This document shows positions 1 to 10,868 of a stretch of 64,000 bases of DNA, in pieces. The notes beneath the pieces are model-generated. The model ran no database searches, was not told where the DNA came from, and worked only from the letters and a program-made list of their open reading frames with translations. The DNA lies in assembly GCF_009914755.1 (NCBI RefSeq), contig NC_060926.1; one strand, 5' to 3'. The DNA comes from the human T2T-CHM13v2.0 reference genome, Homo sapiens. The position numbers were made by a program, and so were the translations under genes. Positions within the stretch are counted from its first letter, which is position 1. Every line of letters begins with the position of its first letter.

Positions 1-2155
1 CACAGGACAGCAGGAGAGAGAATGAGTGTAAGCAGGAGAAATGCCAAATGCTTATAAAACCATCAGATCTTGTGAGACTCACTCATTATCATGAGAACAG
101 GATGGGGGAACCACCCTTATGGTCCAGTGACCTCTTACCTTGTCCTGCCCTTGACACATGGAGATTATTGGAACTATAGTTCAAGATGACATTTGGATGG
201 GGACACAGCCAACCATATCATTCTGCTCCTGATCCCTCCCGAATGTCATATCCTCACATAGCAAAACGCAATCATGCCTTTCCAACAGTACCCCAAAGTC
301 TTAGCTCATTCCAGCTTTAACCCAAAAGTCCAGGTCCAAAGTTTCAACCGAGACAAGGCAAATCCCTTCCACCTATGAGCCTGTAAAATCAAGAACAAGT
401 TAGTTACTTCCAAGATACAATGGGGGTGTAGGCATTGGGTAAATAAGCCCATTCCAAATGGGAGAAATTGGTCAAAACAAAGAGGCTATAGGCCCTATGA
501 AAGTCCAAAATCCAATAGGACAGTTATTAAATCTTAAAGTTCCAAAATGATCTCCTTAGACCCCATGTCTCACATCCAGGTCATGCTGATACAATGGGTG
601 GGCTCTCACGGCTTTGAGAAGTTATGTCCTTGTGACTTTGTAGGGTACATTCGTCCTCCTGGCTGCTTTCACAGGTTGGTGGTGAGTCTCTGTGGCTTTT
701 CCAGGCACATGGTGCAAGCTGTCAGTTGTTCTACCATTCTGGGGTATGGAGGATGGTGGCCTTCTTCTCACAACTCCACTAGGTGGTGCCCCAGTAGGGA
801 CTCTGTGTGGGGGCTCCAACCCCACATTTCCTTTCTGCACTGCCCTAGCAGGGGTTCTCCATGAGGACTTTGCCCCTGCAGCAAACATCTGCCTGGACAT
901 CCAGGCATTTCCATCCATCTTCAAAATCTAGGCAGAGGTTCGCAAACAATGCTTCCTGACTTCTGTGCACCTGCAGGCCCAACAGTACATGGAAGCTCTG
1001 AAGCACCCTCCTGAAGCCACAGCCTGAGCTGTACCATGGCCCCTTTTAGCCATGGCTGGAGTGGCTGGGATGTAGGGCACCATGTAAGAGGCTGCACACA
1101 GCAGGGCATCCCTGGACCCAGCCCAGGAATCCGTTTTTCCCTTCTAGGCCTCTGGGCCTGTGATGGGAGGGGCTGCCATTAAATTCTCTGACATGACCTG
1201 GAGAGAGACATTTCCCCCATTGTCTTGATGACTAACATTCAGCTCCTCATTACTTATGCAAATTTCTGCAATTGGCTTGATTTTCTCCCCAGAAAATGGG
1301 CTTTTCTTTTCTATTGCATCATCAGGTTGCAAATATTTCAAACTTTAATGCTCTGCTTTCTTTTGAACACTTTGCCACTTAGACGTTTTTTTCCACCGGA
1401 TACCCTAAATCATCTCTCTCAATTCAAAGTTCCACAGATCCCTAGGGTAAGGGTAAAATGCCAGCAGTCTCTTTGCTAAAGCATGGATTGACCTTTGCTC
1501 CAGTTCCCAAGAAGTTCCTCATCTCCGTCTTGATCCCCTCAACCTGGACTTCATTGTCCACATCACTATCAGCATTTTGGTCAAAGCCATACAACAAGTC
1601 TCTAGGAAGTTACAGACTTTCCCACATCTTCTTGTCTTCTGAGTCCTCCAATTCTCTAGAAAGTTCCAAACCCTCCCACATTTTTCTGTCTTCTTCTGAG
1701 CCCTCCAAACAGTTCCACCCTCCCCCTGTTACCAAGTTCCAAAGTCACTTCCACATTTTTGGGCATCCTTATAGTAGTGCCCCATTCCCTTGGTACCAAT
1801 TTATTGCATTAGTCTGTTCTCACCCTGCTATGAAGAAATACCCAAGATTGGGTAATTTATAAAGGAAAGAGGTTTAATTGACTCACAGTTCAGCATGACT
1901 GGGATGATCTCAGGAAACTTATAATCATGGTGGAAGTCACCTCTGCACATGGCGGCAGGAGAGAGGATGACCTCAAGCAGGGGAAATGCCAGACCATCAT
2001 ATCTCATGAGACTCACTCATTATCATGAGAACAGAATGGAGGAAACTACCCTTATGATCCAATTTCCTCCACCTGGTCCCACCCTTGAAACATGGGGACT
2101 ATTGGAACTACAATTCAAGCTGATATTTGGGTGGGGACACAGCCAAACCATGTCA
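1..2155 (-). mobile_element. THE1D/MSTA-type ERVL-MaLR element: partial LTR 1-220, internal 221-1804, LTR 1805-2155
   Basis: On the + strand the LTRs end CCATATCA (220) and CCATGTCA (2155). The second starts TGCATTAGTCTGTTCTCAC..GCTATGAAGAAATACCC (reverse complement of a THE1/MST LTR). Internal ORFs such as QKGNVGLEPPHRVPTGAPPSG match MaLR internal sequence and the copies at 28.2 and 37.5 kb. Confidence 0.93.
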
Positions 2156-2159
2156 CTAT

Positions 2160-2980
2160 CCCTTAGAGAAAGAAATGTTTAAGTCTCCAACTTCAATTGT
2201 ACGTTTTGTTTTCTTTCATTTCAGTTCCATTTCTGTTTTATATATTTTGAAGACAATGCTGTCAGTTACATGTACCAATAAGATTATCAGTCCCCAATGA
2301 AGTGATTATTTTATCTTTATGCAGTGCCCTTTTTTATTCCTGGCATTATTTCTTTTCATAAAGTTTCTCTTGTCTGGCACAAACATAGCCATTCTAGGGT
2401 GTTTTCTATTAGTATTTGCAGAATATATCTCTTTTGCCATCTTTTTTATTTTTAAACTATAGCTATCATTGTTGTTACCATAGATTTCTTGCGAACAGCA
2501 CATAGTTTGTTCCTTTTTAAAATTATTTAACTTGAATATAATTGTTGTACAATTGTAGGTATATCAGTAATGTCGTTATTTGATTTCTATTTTCTATTTA
2601 CTTTGTTGTTGTTTCCCTTTTCCTCTATTCCTGCCTACTTTTGAATTTATTGGGTTTTTTTTATAGTTCAGTTTTATCTCCATCATAGCCTATTATGTAT
2701 ACATCTTTTTTAAGTAGTTACTCCGGGATTTACAATAGACATGTTTACTTTATCAGTCTACTTTTAATAACTTATGCCACTTCACAAATAATAAAAGAAC
2801 TTCATCACCATATATTCATATTTCCTTCATCTTATCCTTTGTATTATTGTAATATATTTTGCTTTTCCATGTGTTTTAAACTAAACAACATATTGCAACT
2901 ATTTTTGCTTTAGACTGTCAATCATCATTTGAATAGATACAGATAAGATAAATTTGTCATGTTTAATTTTCATGTTTACT
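2160..2980 (-). mobile_element. Old L1 (L1M) fragment, ORF2 endonuclease region
   Basis: ORF 2306-2503 (LKIKKMAKEIYSANTNRKHPRMAMFVPDK..KKGHCIKIK) resembles L1 ORF2 EN (LKIKGWKKIYHANTNQKKAGVAILISDK..KEGHYIMIK). The + strand is T-rich. Confidence 0.85.
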
Positions 2981-2982
2981 AT

Positions 2983-3050
2983 TTAGTTTCTCCATGACAG
3001 AGCCACCCACCTCTTGCTCTACATCTTCAATCTTCTGTTTCCTTCTGTTT
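2983..3050 (+). mobile_element. Short fragment of the ERVL-like LTR at 5273-5755, in opposite orientation
   Basis: TTAGTTTCTCCATGACAGAGCCACCCACCTCTTGCTCT..TCTTCTGTTTCCTTCTGTTT aligns to the reverse complement of 5462-5529. Confidence 0.7.
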
Positions 3051-3720
3051 ACTATTTCCATATTTCTTCAACTGTGAATGGGTAAATGCAGATTTCTGTT
3101 TGATATGGATTGACTTCCACATTTGAGGTTAGGCCTGCAAAGATGCATCTTTTCTTCTGTCAGGCTATTAGCATGTAAAAGTCAGTCAATCCACTCAAAA
3201 ATTGTACTGTTTGGGGTTGTGTTATTGCTTTTTGAAAGTGAGAGATTCTCTTCTGATATCCTCAGAGAAGTAACAGCCTATAGAAAAGGCCCCCTCTAGG
3301 AATTGAGGGTCCTAGTCCAACAACACAGACATCCTCAGAAAACTTGCCATACCAAGCCCCCCAGGAAGCATGAGATGCTAGCACATTTACTTTAGGGGTA
3401 GCTGTGTCTGGGAGATGACTGGACACCTTTTCGTGAGGGTAGGACGTTCTATAGATGCTTAGGTAGTATTGCATGCACATTGTCAGTCATTTCCATTCTT
3501 AGCTTAAATCGTTCATTAGGAATTAACCAGCCAAACTGGGAGGGTAGGCTGCACAAACAATTGGATACATTTTTAAGCCTTCTTGCCTTTACCAGCTGTA
3601 ATCAGCGTAGTAGTCTTGTACCTCCCACATGGCTGGACCGATAGGGCCTATGGGTTCCTGATTGTCCACTTATCCCCCGTCATTGTTCACGTCATAGCAT
3701 TTTCCCATTGAGAATATCTC

Positions 3721-4642
3721 TTAAAATCCTTTCTCATCTAGAACATATGTTTTAATTAGTGAAATCAAGAAATGTTTCACATGTTTGAAACATTTATTTT
3801 TACAATGTACTGAACAGTATCAGTTTCAACTACTTCAGTGTGTATAATGTACATCAAATACAATATGATGGAATTTATTTTTAAGACCACAATGATGAAG
3901 ACAGTGGATTGATTAGCTACACTACTGTCACCTGAAAAAGTGTCAGCAATGTTGAGGAACCATTGATGACCCTGAAAGGGGGTGAAAATTCAACTCTAGT
4001 CAAACCATTACAAGTAAGGGGGACCAGCGCCGCATGACATGTGACCTCTTTCTTTGCAAGACAAATGAACAAGCTTTTGGCAGGGGTTACAAGTCCGGCA
4101 TGAAGTGTATTTGAGTTTATGCCTGGCATAAACTCTGATAAAATGTTGACTTTATTAGAAACGTAACATCCTTTTTATTTGTTAAACAATTGTTCTTTGA
4201 CTGACAGAAGGATTCCATATGGCCGACCAGTCAATACAGCCCCAAGAAACAAGCCTCTATATTTTGTCAGGATTTATTAGCCACCACTCTTGGGAGACAC
4301 ACGATAGCACCATTTAGATTGAGGCTGCCAACCTGCCAACTAACAGTACATTATATAACTTTAGATATCAAAAGGAGTGACACTTTGCTAAATTTTTACC
4401 TACTGGTGGAAAGTAGTAGGGCAGTTTGTGGCAGTGCCTCCAACAGAAAAATTTTCTGTAACACTTTGTGCACATCCACAGTGCAAGCATGTGACATATA
4501 AATTTCAATTCTATGATTTTACAATAGTCTCTTGAATAGGCTTGCAGTTCTCACTCATGAGCCACTTTAAGTTTTGTTTTTCTTTACTATAAATTTTGCT
4601 TATAAAATTTGCATTAAAACAAAAAAACTCAAAAATGTTTAA
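3721..4642 (+). mobile_element. Degenerate piggyBac-superfamily transposase, 3' half (probably LOOPER)
   Basis: Manual translation across stops and frameshifts gives ordered piggyBac-like blocks: LMTLKGGE, LQVRG..HVTSF, MPGINSDKML at 4119 (cf. MGGVD.SDQML), FYLLNNC, FRYQKE*HFAKFLPTGGK (4360-4413) and a Cys-rich tail RAVCGS..RKIFCNTLC..QACDI. Boundaries approximate. Confidence 0.7.
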
Positions 4643-4919
4643 CCGAGACAGTTCAGGAATTACAGCTGCAATTACCAAGACACCATCTTTTCTCCTTGTC
4701 TGAAAATTCAGGGAGTTCAGTAGAGTGTAGAGGAGGCCAGCCGGCCAGGGCGACCAGAGCAGCAGGAAAGCGTCCTTCCTTAAAGCTGGTTAGGAGAGGA
4801 TGATGGGAGAAGGAGAGATGAGGGATGCATAAGGAGCGACTTCACACCAGGACGCACAGGGTAACACTCACTTTGAGTTTTACTGGCTGAAAACTCAGCA
4901 TCAACAAATCCACTTTTAA

Positions 4920-5272
4920 GGAAAACCAAGATACTCTTTGGAAAACCGCTTTCAATTCTACTTCTTATTGTTCAGTCTACTGACTGCCCTCCCACTCTGG
5001 GTGGTAATTCCTAATTAGTGCTATCCCTAAAGATAGCACACATTATCTGACCTTGGGAAGTCTTCTCATATCCCCTAACCTGGCCTATGCAGCCCCTTCA
5101 CAGGTAGGACACTGGAGGACGCTGATGCCATCCCCAGCTTGCTTGAGTGAGTTATGTGCTACCAGGTCCCAGAGAGTCTTATCATTCCCTATAACCTCAT
5201 CCACACAGCCTCTGCTGCCCTTTTTCTAAAAAGCCACTGGGGCCTTACTGACCCCACATTAGGTGACACATT
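4920..5272 (-). mobile_element. Probable ERVL-type internal sequence beginning with a degenerate tRNA-Lys PBS (5251-5268)
   Basis: Just 3' of the LTR on the minus strand, TGTCACCTAATGTGGGGT matches TGGCGCCCAACGTGGGGC at 13/18, two mismatches being CpG decay. Confidence 0.55.
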
Positions 5273-5755
5273 TTTCAATGGTCCAGCAGGACCTAGACAG
5301 TAGTAACTATTGCATCTGCTAAGCTGTCTGATCGTGGTTTCATATGTTTTTCTGGAAAAGTCGCAGTGAGCCCAATAGCTTGAAATAATGTATTACTTAC
5401 ACAGGACGGCATATGCAAGATCAATATGGTATCCATTTTCCACTGTCCACAGGGCAACATCAAACAGAAGGAAACAGAAGACAGAAGACACAGAGCAACA
5501 GGTGGGTTGCTCTGTCTTGAAGAAGCTAATTCCATACTGCCGCTACACAGCTGGTAGCCTGAAGCTGTTTCCCAAATTTGCGGGGAGGGAGTGTGAGGGA
5601 TAGAAATTCTCATGCCTCACCAGAATTAGGGAGTTGGGTAAGGAACTGCTTCATGGCAACCTGCCTTAGATGGGAAGCCTTTTGCAAGATATGAAAGCTG
5701 ATAACTGCCTGCCAGGCCAGATACAGCTATGCCCAAAATAAACTCTGTGCCAACA
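5273..5755 (-). mobile_element. ERVL-class LTR (MER74/MER73/LTR53-like), about 480 bp
   Basis: The minus strand starts TGTTGG. Its 3' part GTAAGTAATACA..CTATTGGGCTC..TAGCAGATGC..TAGGTCCTGCTGGACCATTGAAA resembles MER74-group LTR ends. It is followed by a PBS-like site and partly repeated at 8291-8551 and 2983-3050. Confidence 0.7.
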
Positions 5756-6084
5756 TCTCTTACTTCTTGGAGGCCTTGATGCCTCAAGTCCCATAAAGCT
5801 GTCTGATCCTGGTTCATGGATGAACCAGACAAATTAAAGACTTGAGTTAACTGGGCCACAAAGCTGTGCAGTCATGGAGAGAACTGTTAAAAACTATGCA
5901 TGCAAATCGAAACTCAAGTCTCTGGGCAGAGGTGCAAACTGTGGGGCCTGCTGTGGAAAGCACATCCAAAGTGCATCTTGCTGCACTTTCATTAACCCAT
6001 GGACAACAGCAATGAGCTGACAGTATGGTCCAGTGCCTGACAGTGGGAAGACGAATGATTATGTCCCGCAAACCAAATATATTG

Positions 6085-6620
6085 TGTTTTCAAAAACAAC
6101 AAATATTTTCTAAGTTTTTGGGGTTCTCTAGTCAAGGTCTCACAAGCCTGCACACAGGTTGTTGACTGGGCTGCATTCTTATCTGGAGGTCAGGTTCTCT
6201 TATAAGAACATTCAGGTTGTTGACAGAATTAATACCTTGTCGTTGTTAGACGAAGTCTTTCAGGCACTAGAGGTAGTCCATCTCTATGAGCAGTAAAAAG
6301 CATGGCTGTTTTCTTCTCTGGGGATATGCGGAGGACGACATCTCCTCTTCAAAAGGGGCCCCGGTCTTCTTTAGAGCTTCCATGTGACAAAGTCAACATC
6401 ATAATGATAAAATATCTTCAAGTTAACTTAAAATCACCAAATTTGGGAACTTACTTGCCTCTAAAAATATTCCCTTTGCCTTTGCCATAGAATTTAACCA
6501 ATTACAGGAATGATATATTACATTTTTACTGGTCCTCTTCGTACTCAAAGGAGGAGATTATTCAGTGCATGTAAAACAGAGGGCAGAAATATTGGAGGCC
6601 ATCTAAGAAATATGTCTTGT
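6085..6620 (-). mobile_element. MLT1E-like MaLR LTR
   Basis: Minus strand TTCTTAGATGGCCTCCAATATTTCTGCCCTCTG..AATAATCTCCTCCTTTGAGT..TATGGCAAAGGCAAAGGGA matches the MLT1E 5' end. The + strand has GGGCTGCATTCTTATCTGGAG..CATTCAGGTTGTTGACAGAATT. Confidence 0.8.
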
Positions 6621-7047
6621 TTTGCAGGCTTAGGTAGAATTACCAGGACTTTCAGAATCACTGCTGAAGTGATCTGCGTTACACAATGTATACCCACTGA
6701 AACGTTTTTCTAAGGTGTAAAAAAGAACGATATTTTTCATGTAATATCATGAAAGCATGTATAAATTGTCCTACAGAGTATTTGTTTCTCAGAATTTGCT
6801 TAGAAATTATACATATTATTACTAGGAGTAGTAGCACATGTGCAGTAGTAGCAGAATAATGAGGTTGCAGGACAATTTCTGTACGCATCGCCTCTCAACC
6901 AAAGCCCTCATGCATTCCAAATGATGCTGTTCTGACAAAGTAAGGCTTAATCCATTTTTATTGATTGGTACATTGAGGTTCCTTTTTTGATATATTTTTA
7001 AATTACATAATGTGAAATTTCAGTCATGCATCTAGAAGAAAGCATTT

Positions 7048-7132
7048 TCTCACTCTGAGCATCAGTTTCCTAATCTTTAAAATGAAGTTATTGCATATGT
7101 GACCTCTAAACTCCTCCCAACCCTGAGTATTT
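7048..7132 (+). mobile_element. MIR fragment
   Basis: MIR core CTCTGAGCATCAGTTTCCTAATCTTTAAAATG. Confidence 0.7.
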
Positions 7133-8019
7133 TCAGAATATAAACTTAGATCAAATATGCTTTACATCATTAATAAGAGGAACTTTAGAAGGTAGGCTAG
7201 CACTTCATAAAATCCTCTTTAACTTTTATGTACTACTGATACTTATTTTAAAGAACTTTCAAGTAGATTATTAATATTGCCATGTTATAAATATCTAGAT
7301 TTTACTGATATAGTTGAACCTGGATCAACTCTATTTCTCTCATTTTTCTTATGTGTTCAATTATCTCCCTATATCATGGCAGCTCTTTGAAATTTTCTCC
7401 GGACCATGTGTCTTATCCCAGAGATATATCAGAGCTCATTTGGAATTTAACAGATGAATGCATGATGCTTATATTAATCTTCTACTGAACTGAAATCCTT
7501 TTTTAGAAAAGAGTAATAAAATTTCCCAGGCCCAAAGTAAAAGAATTATATATGTTTTGAATAATGGCTTTCCAAATTACGAATAAAAATTGGAAATATT
7601 ATATAAAAAGTCTTGTTTAGAATACTACATATAACTATTAAATATAAACAGAAAGAACTTTAATATCAGATGTTTTTATTTATTTGAAACAAAATATCTG
7701 CTATCTGTTTGTGTTATAGTACAAAAGAACTTCAACTATTTAACTTATAATAGTTTAATAGCTCTTTTTAAAAATTTATATTCATTTTACTTACACTTTT
7801 CTGCATAGTCTAGTTTTTTTAATGTATGTATGAAACGCAGGAAAATATTGTAGTTTTGCTAGTGTACATATGTATTTTAGAATGTTTATTGTTTTAGATT
7901 GCTTTCTCTCTCCCACTAATGGTCCACTGTTAAAAGCTAGGATTAGATTAAAAAGCTTTGAGCTTAAAAAACTTATCATAAAATAGAAAGAACAGAGATA
8001 TTGTAAATTTGACAGGTAG

Positions 8020-8222
8020 GCTTTAATTTTAACTTTCCTAACTGCAACAATTTAACCTTGAGAAATTTTTTAAATCTTGCTTTCCTCAACATTAGTTATT
8101 TCATACATAAAACATGGGTAATGATACATATATCACAGAGTTGTTATGAGGAATAAATAATCTATAATCTATAAATACACTTGCATAGTATTTGACATAT
8201 TTTACACATTCAGTAATGCTAT
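8020..8222 (+). mobile_element. MIR fragment
   Basis: TAAAACATGGGTAATGATAC..TCACAGAGTTGTTATGAGGAATAAATAA resembles the MIR 3' half. Confidence 0.65.
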
Positions 8223-8290
8223 AAATAAAACCAAAATACTTTATCAAAGTACTTTGCAACTGTTTTTTTTTTTTTAACTTCCTTTTTTGA

Positions 8291-8551
8291 GAAGACAGAA
8301 GACACACAGGTGGGTTGGTCTGTCATGGAGAAGCTCATTCTATGCTGTGGCTACACCGTTGGTCGCCTGAAGCTGGTCCCTAAATTTGCTGGGAGGGGTG
8401 TGAAGCGTGGAAATTCTCATGCTCCATCAGAACTAGGGAGTTGGGCAAGGAACTTCCTCATGGCAGCCCCCACAATATGGGGAGCCTTGTGCAGGACATG
8501 GAAACTGATAACTGCGTGTCAGGCCTAGATACAGCTGTGCCCAACATAAAT
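8291..8551 (-). mobile_element. Second, partial (5' half) copy of the ERVL-like LTR
   Basis: Colinear with 5477-5743 at roughly 75-80% identity by eye (GAAGACAGAAGACAC..CCTGAAGCTG..AAATTCTCATG..GGGAGTTGGG..CTGATAACTGC..AGATACAGCT). Confidence 0.8.
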
Positions 8552-8689
8552 TTTTGAGGGTATTTGTTTTTCTTTCAGTACTTATGACATAGATGTTGCC
8601 TTCAGTTCATGTTGATCAAATTGTATCTCTGAAATACATCTGCATAACACACAACAATAGAAAACAATTTAGGAAAAAAAAAAAAAACT

Positions 8690-9200
8690 ATGTTAAAAGT
8701 GGTAGTGACCAGAGTTTCATATTGCAGAATTTGAAAAGTAATCCTAAAACCCAGAATAATTTTGGCAAGAGAGCAGGAAGATGGAAACTTTTATATCACC
8801 TTATAGAAGAGCCAAGAAGAGTTTGTAAGAGCCTTAATATGAAGCTCTAACTTAAAGAATTCAGATGTGGAGTCAACACATAGGCCTATTTTATTCATAA
8901 TGGAAAGTAAGGAAGGCAGAGATAAAAGCAAAATCCCATGTTTGTAAGCAATTTTTATGTCGGCAAAATTGATCCAATTGGAAAGAATAAGGCTAAATAT
9001 TTGCCCAGGTAAGCATGGAATGAGGTTTGTAGCTGCAGATAAAAATGAGCTGAACATAGACAATAATGTTCTAACCCAGAAAACTATAAATTTTTTTCTT
9101 ACCATGAAATCCAAGGCTTCTAATAGCAAAATATATGGTACTAAATTAAGAGAAGGGCCACTCCTTCATCACTGAAGGAGTTCCATTCTTCTTATGTAGT
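8690..9200 (+). mobile_element. Ancient L1 (L1ME-like) ORF2 3' fragment
   Basis: A-rich, with degenerate L1 ORF2 3' motifs (TAATCCTAAAACCCAGAATAATTTTG, CAATTGGAAAGAATAAGGCTAAAT). Confidence 0.45.
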
Positions 9201-9499
9201 TGATGGGTTAAAACTAGCATAAAACTAAAATTAGCATAAAACATTCAAACTTTCAACTCAGAATCAAATAATAAAATTCTAAAATCTGCAGATAAAGAAT
9301 TAGGGAAATTATGTAGGTTCCACCATTCATGTACAGTTTTTATCAAATAGAATGTCAAAGAGGCATAGAATTTAACCCGTCCAAAATAGATTTAACGCAA
9401 GTACAAATATCATGTACCTCCATGTGCATGAAAGCACACACACTCATGTTCTCACAAACTCAAAACAATACAGGCATTAGTGTATTTTTTAAAAGACAT

Positions 9500-10400
9500 A
9501 AGAAATAACATTCAAAATATTGAGAAACAAGAATTTTTAAAAGTATATGTTAGAGAATAGAGAAATGACTTAAATATAACTATATTTCCCTTTAGGAAAA
9601 TTAAAGAAGACATAGACAGGATGAAATATTTGATTAAACATAAATGAAGGAAAAAACATAAGCTCAAAAAACAGGGAACTGGCATGGCTAAGTACATACA
9701 TTAAGGTAAAAGTTAATACCGTTGCTATATTCATTTTGTTTACTCAAATCAAAATGTGAAGAAATTACCTGCAGGAGAGACTTGTGAGAATCACAATAAT
9801 AAAGGAAATTAACAAAGCAATTGATGGGATTTGAGGAAAAATGAGAGAAATGGAAAACAGACAAATACACACATGGAGATAATTGATATAAATTTAAGAA
9901 AATGCATCAAATGAAACGTTATGATAATGTCAAACATAAAAGACAATGATATTAAAATGAAGGCATGGATGTCTAGATAGGTGTTACTCATTGTACTCCA
10001 GAGAAATGAAATTAACGACCACAACACTCTACATCGTGAATAATGAACTAAACTTTATAGTAAAAGGTGCAACATCTTACACTACAAAGAATGCTGTAGC
10101 TAATTTTAAAAGAGAAAAATAAATGACTTCTGAGTTACTTCTAATTAGTAGAGTAATGTAAGACAAAAGAAATATTTAGCATACTTTGAGGGGAACACAT
10201 TATGTGACTTCAAAATTTTATATTCCTTCACATAACGTTAATAAGTAAAGGCAAGAAAAAGACATTTTTACATGTACAACTTATTAAGAGTTTTATTATA
10301 CATGTAGCTTTACTGAAAAATTGATTTGAAAACATAAGCTTATTAAACAATACACAAATAAAAGTATACATGCATGTAGAAATAAAGCTTTAAAAAAACT
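9500..10400 (+). mobile_element. HAL1 / ancient L1 ORF1 remnant
   Basis: Translation near 10200-10330 gives CDFKILYS and SKGKKKTFLHVQLIKSFIIHVALLKN, resembling the ORF1p C-terminus (PRILYPAK..EGEIKTFSDKQKLREF..PALQELL). Confidence 0.6.
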
Positions 10401-10749
10401 TGTAAGAATTAAATCCATATAATTACAGAATCAAATTTAATTCAATGAGGTAATTATGGTTGTGAAACAGAATGCTCATGACATACTTAGGTAAAAATTT
10501 GCATAGTACACAAATGAAGATTGAAATAAAATAGCTATAGCCTACTATTTTGTTACTGAGTGCTTCTAAGATGCCTGGCAGTGTCACAAGATATTGAAAA
10601 TAATTAGAGAAAATACAGGAGATTTTTGGCCTGGGGCAGAAAAATAAAGTCCTCACAATATCTTTGAAAGAAGTAGGAAAAATGATATTTGCATGAAATC
10701 AAGTACAGCTAAATTTGATAAGATGGTTACATGATCTTATTAGACATGG

Positions 10750-10868
10750 AGATGTCTGGATATTATCGTAGATCTCTTAAATTTTTCCAGGAATGTGGAT
10801 CAGAAATCTGCATTGTAGATAAGTTGGCAAGGTAATTTTATGCCTATCTAAATTTGAATGCTATGCTT
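10750..10868. mobile_element. MER5-like hAT-Charlie fragment
   Basis: GGATCAGAAATCTGCATTGTAGATAAG..AGGTAATTTTATGC..AAATTTGAATGCTATG resembles a MER5 end. Confidence 0.5.

Noticed and set aside
547-1862. Overlapping 100-190 aa ORFs here and at 28968-29685 and 37667-38978 as genes
   Set aside because: All lie within THE1/MST elements and are mutually homologous TE frames.
3241-3720. Endogenous RNA-virus (borna/mononegavirus) element suggested by minus-strand peptides VVGLGPSIPRGG and LPGGLGMASFLRMSVLLD*DP
   Set aside because: Short motifs in different frames with no extended colinear similarity to N, M, G or L proteins, and no poly(A) or TSD. An ERV-internal origin is more parsimonious; tblastn would settle it.
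3860-4636. Processed pseudogene suggested by ATTAAA plus an A-rich run at 4614-4635
   Set aside because: No cellular protein recognised, no TSD, and the translation fits piggyBac transposase better.
8791-9175. 112-aa and 72-aa ORFs
   Set aside because: Within degenerate L1-like sequence; no recognisable domain.
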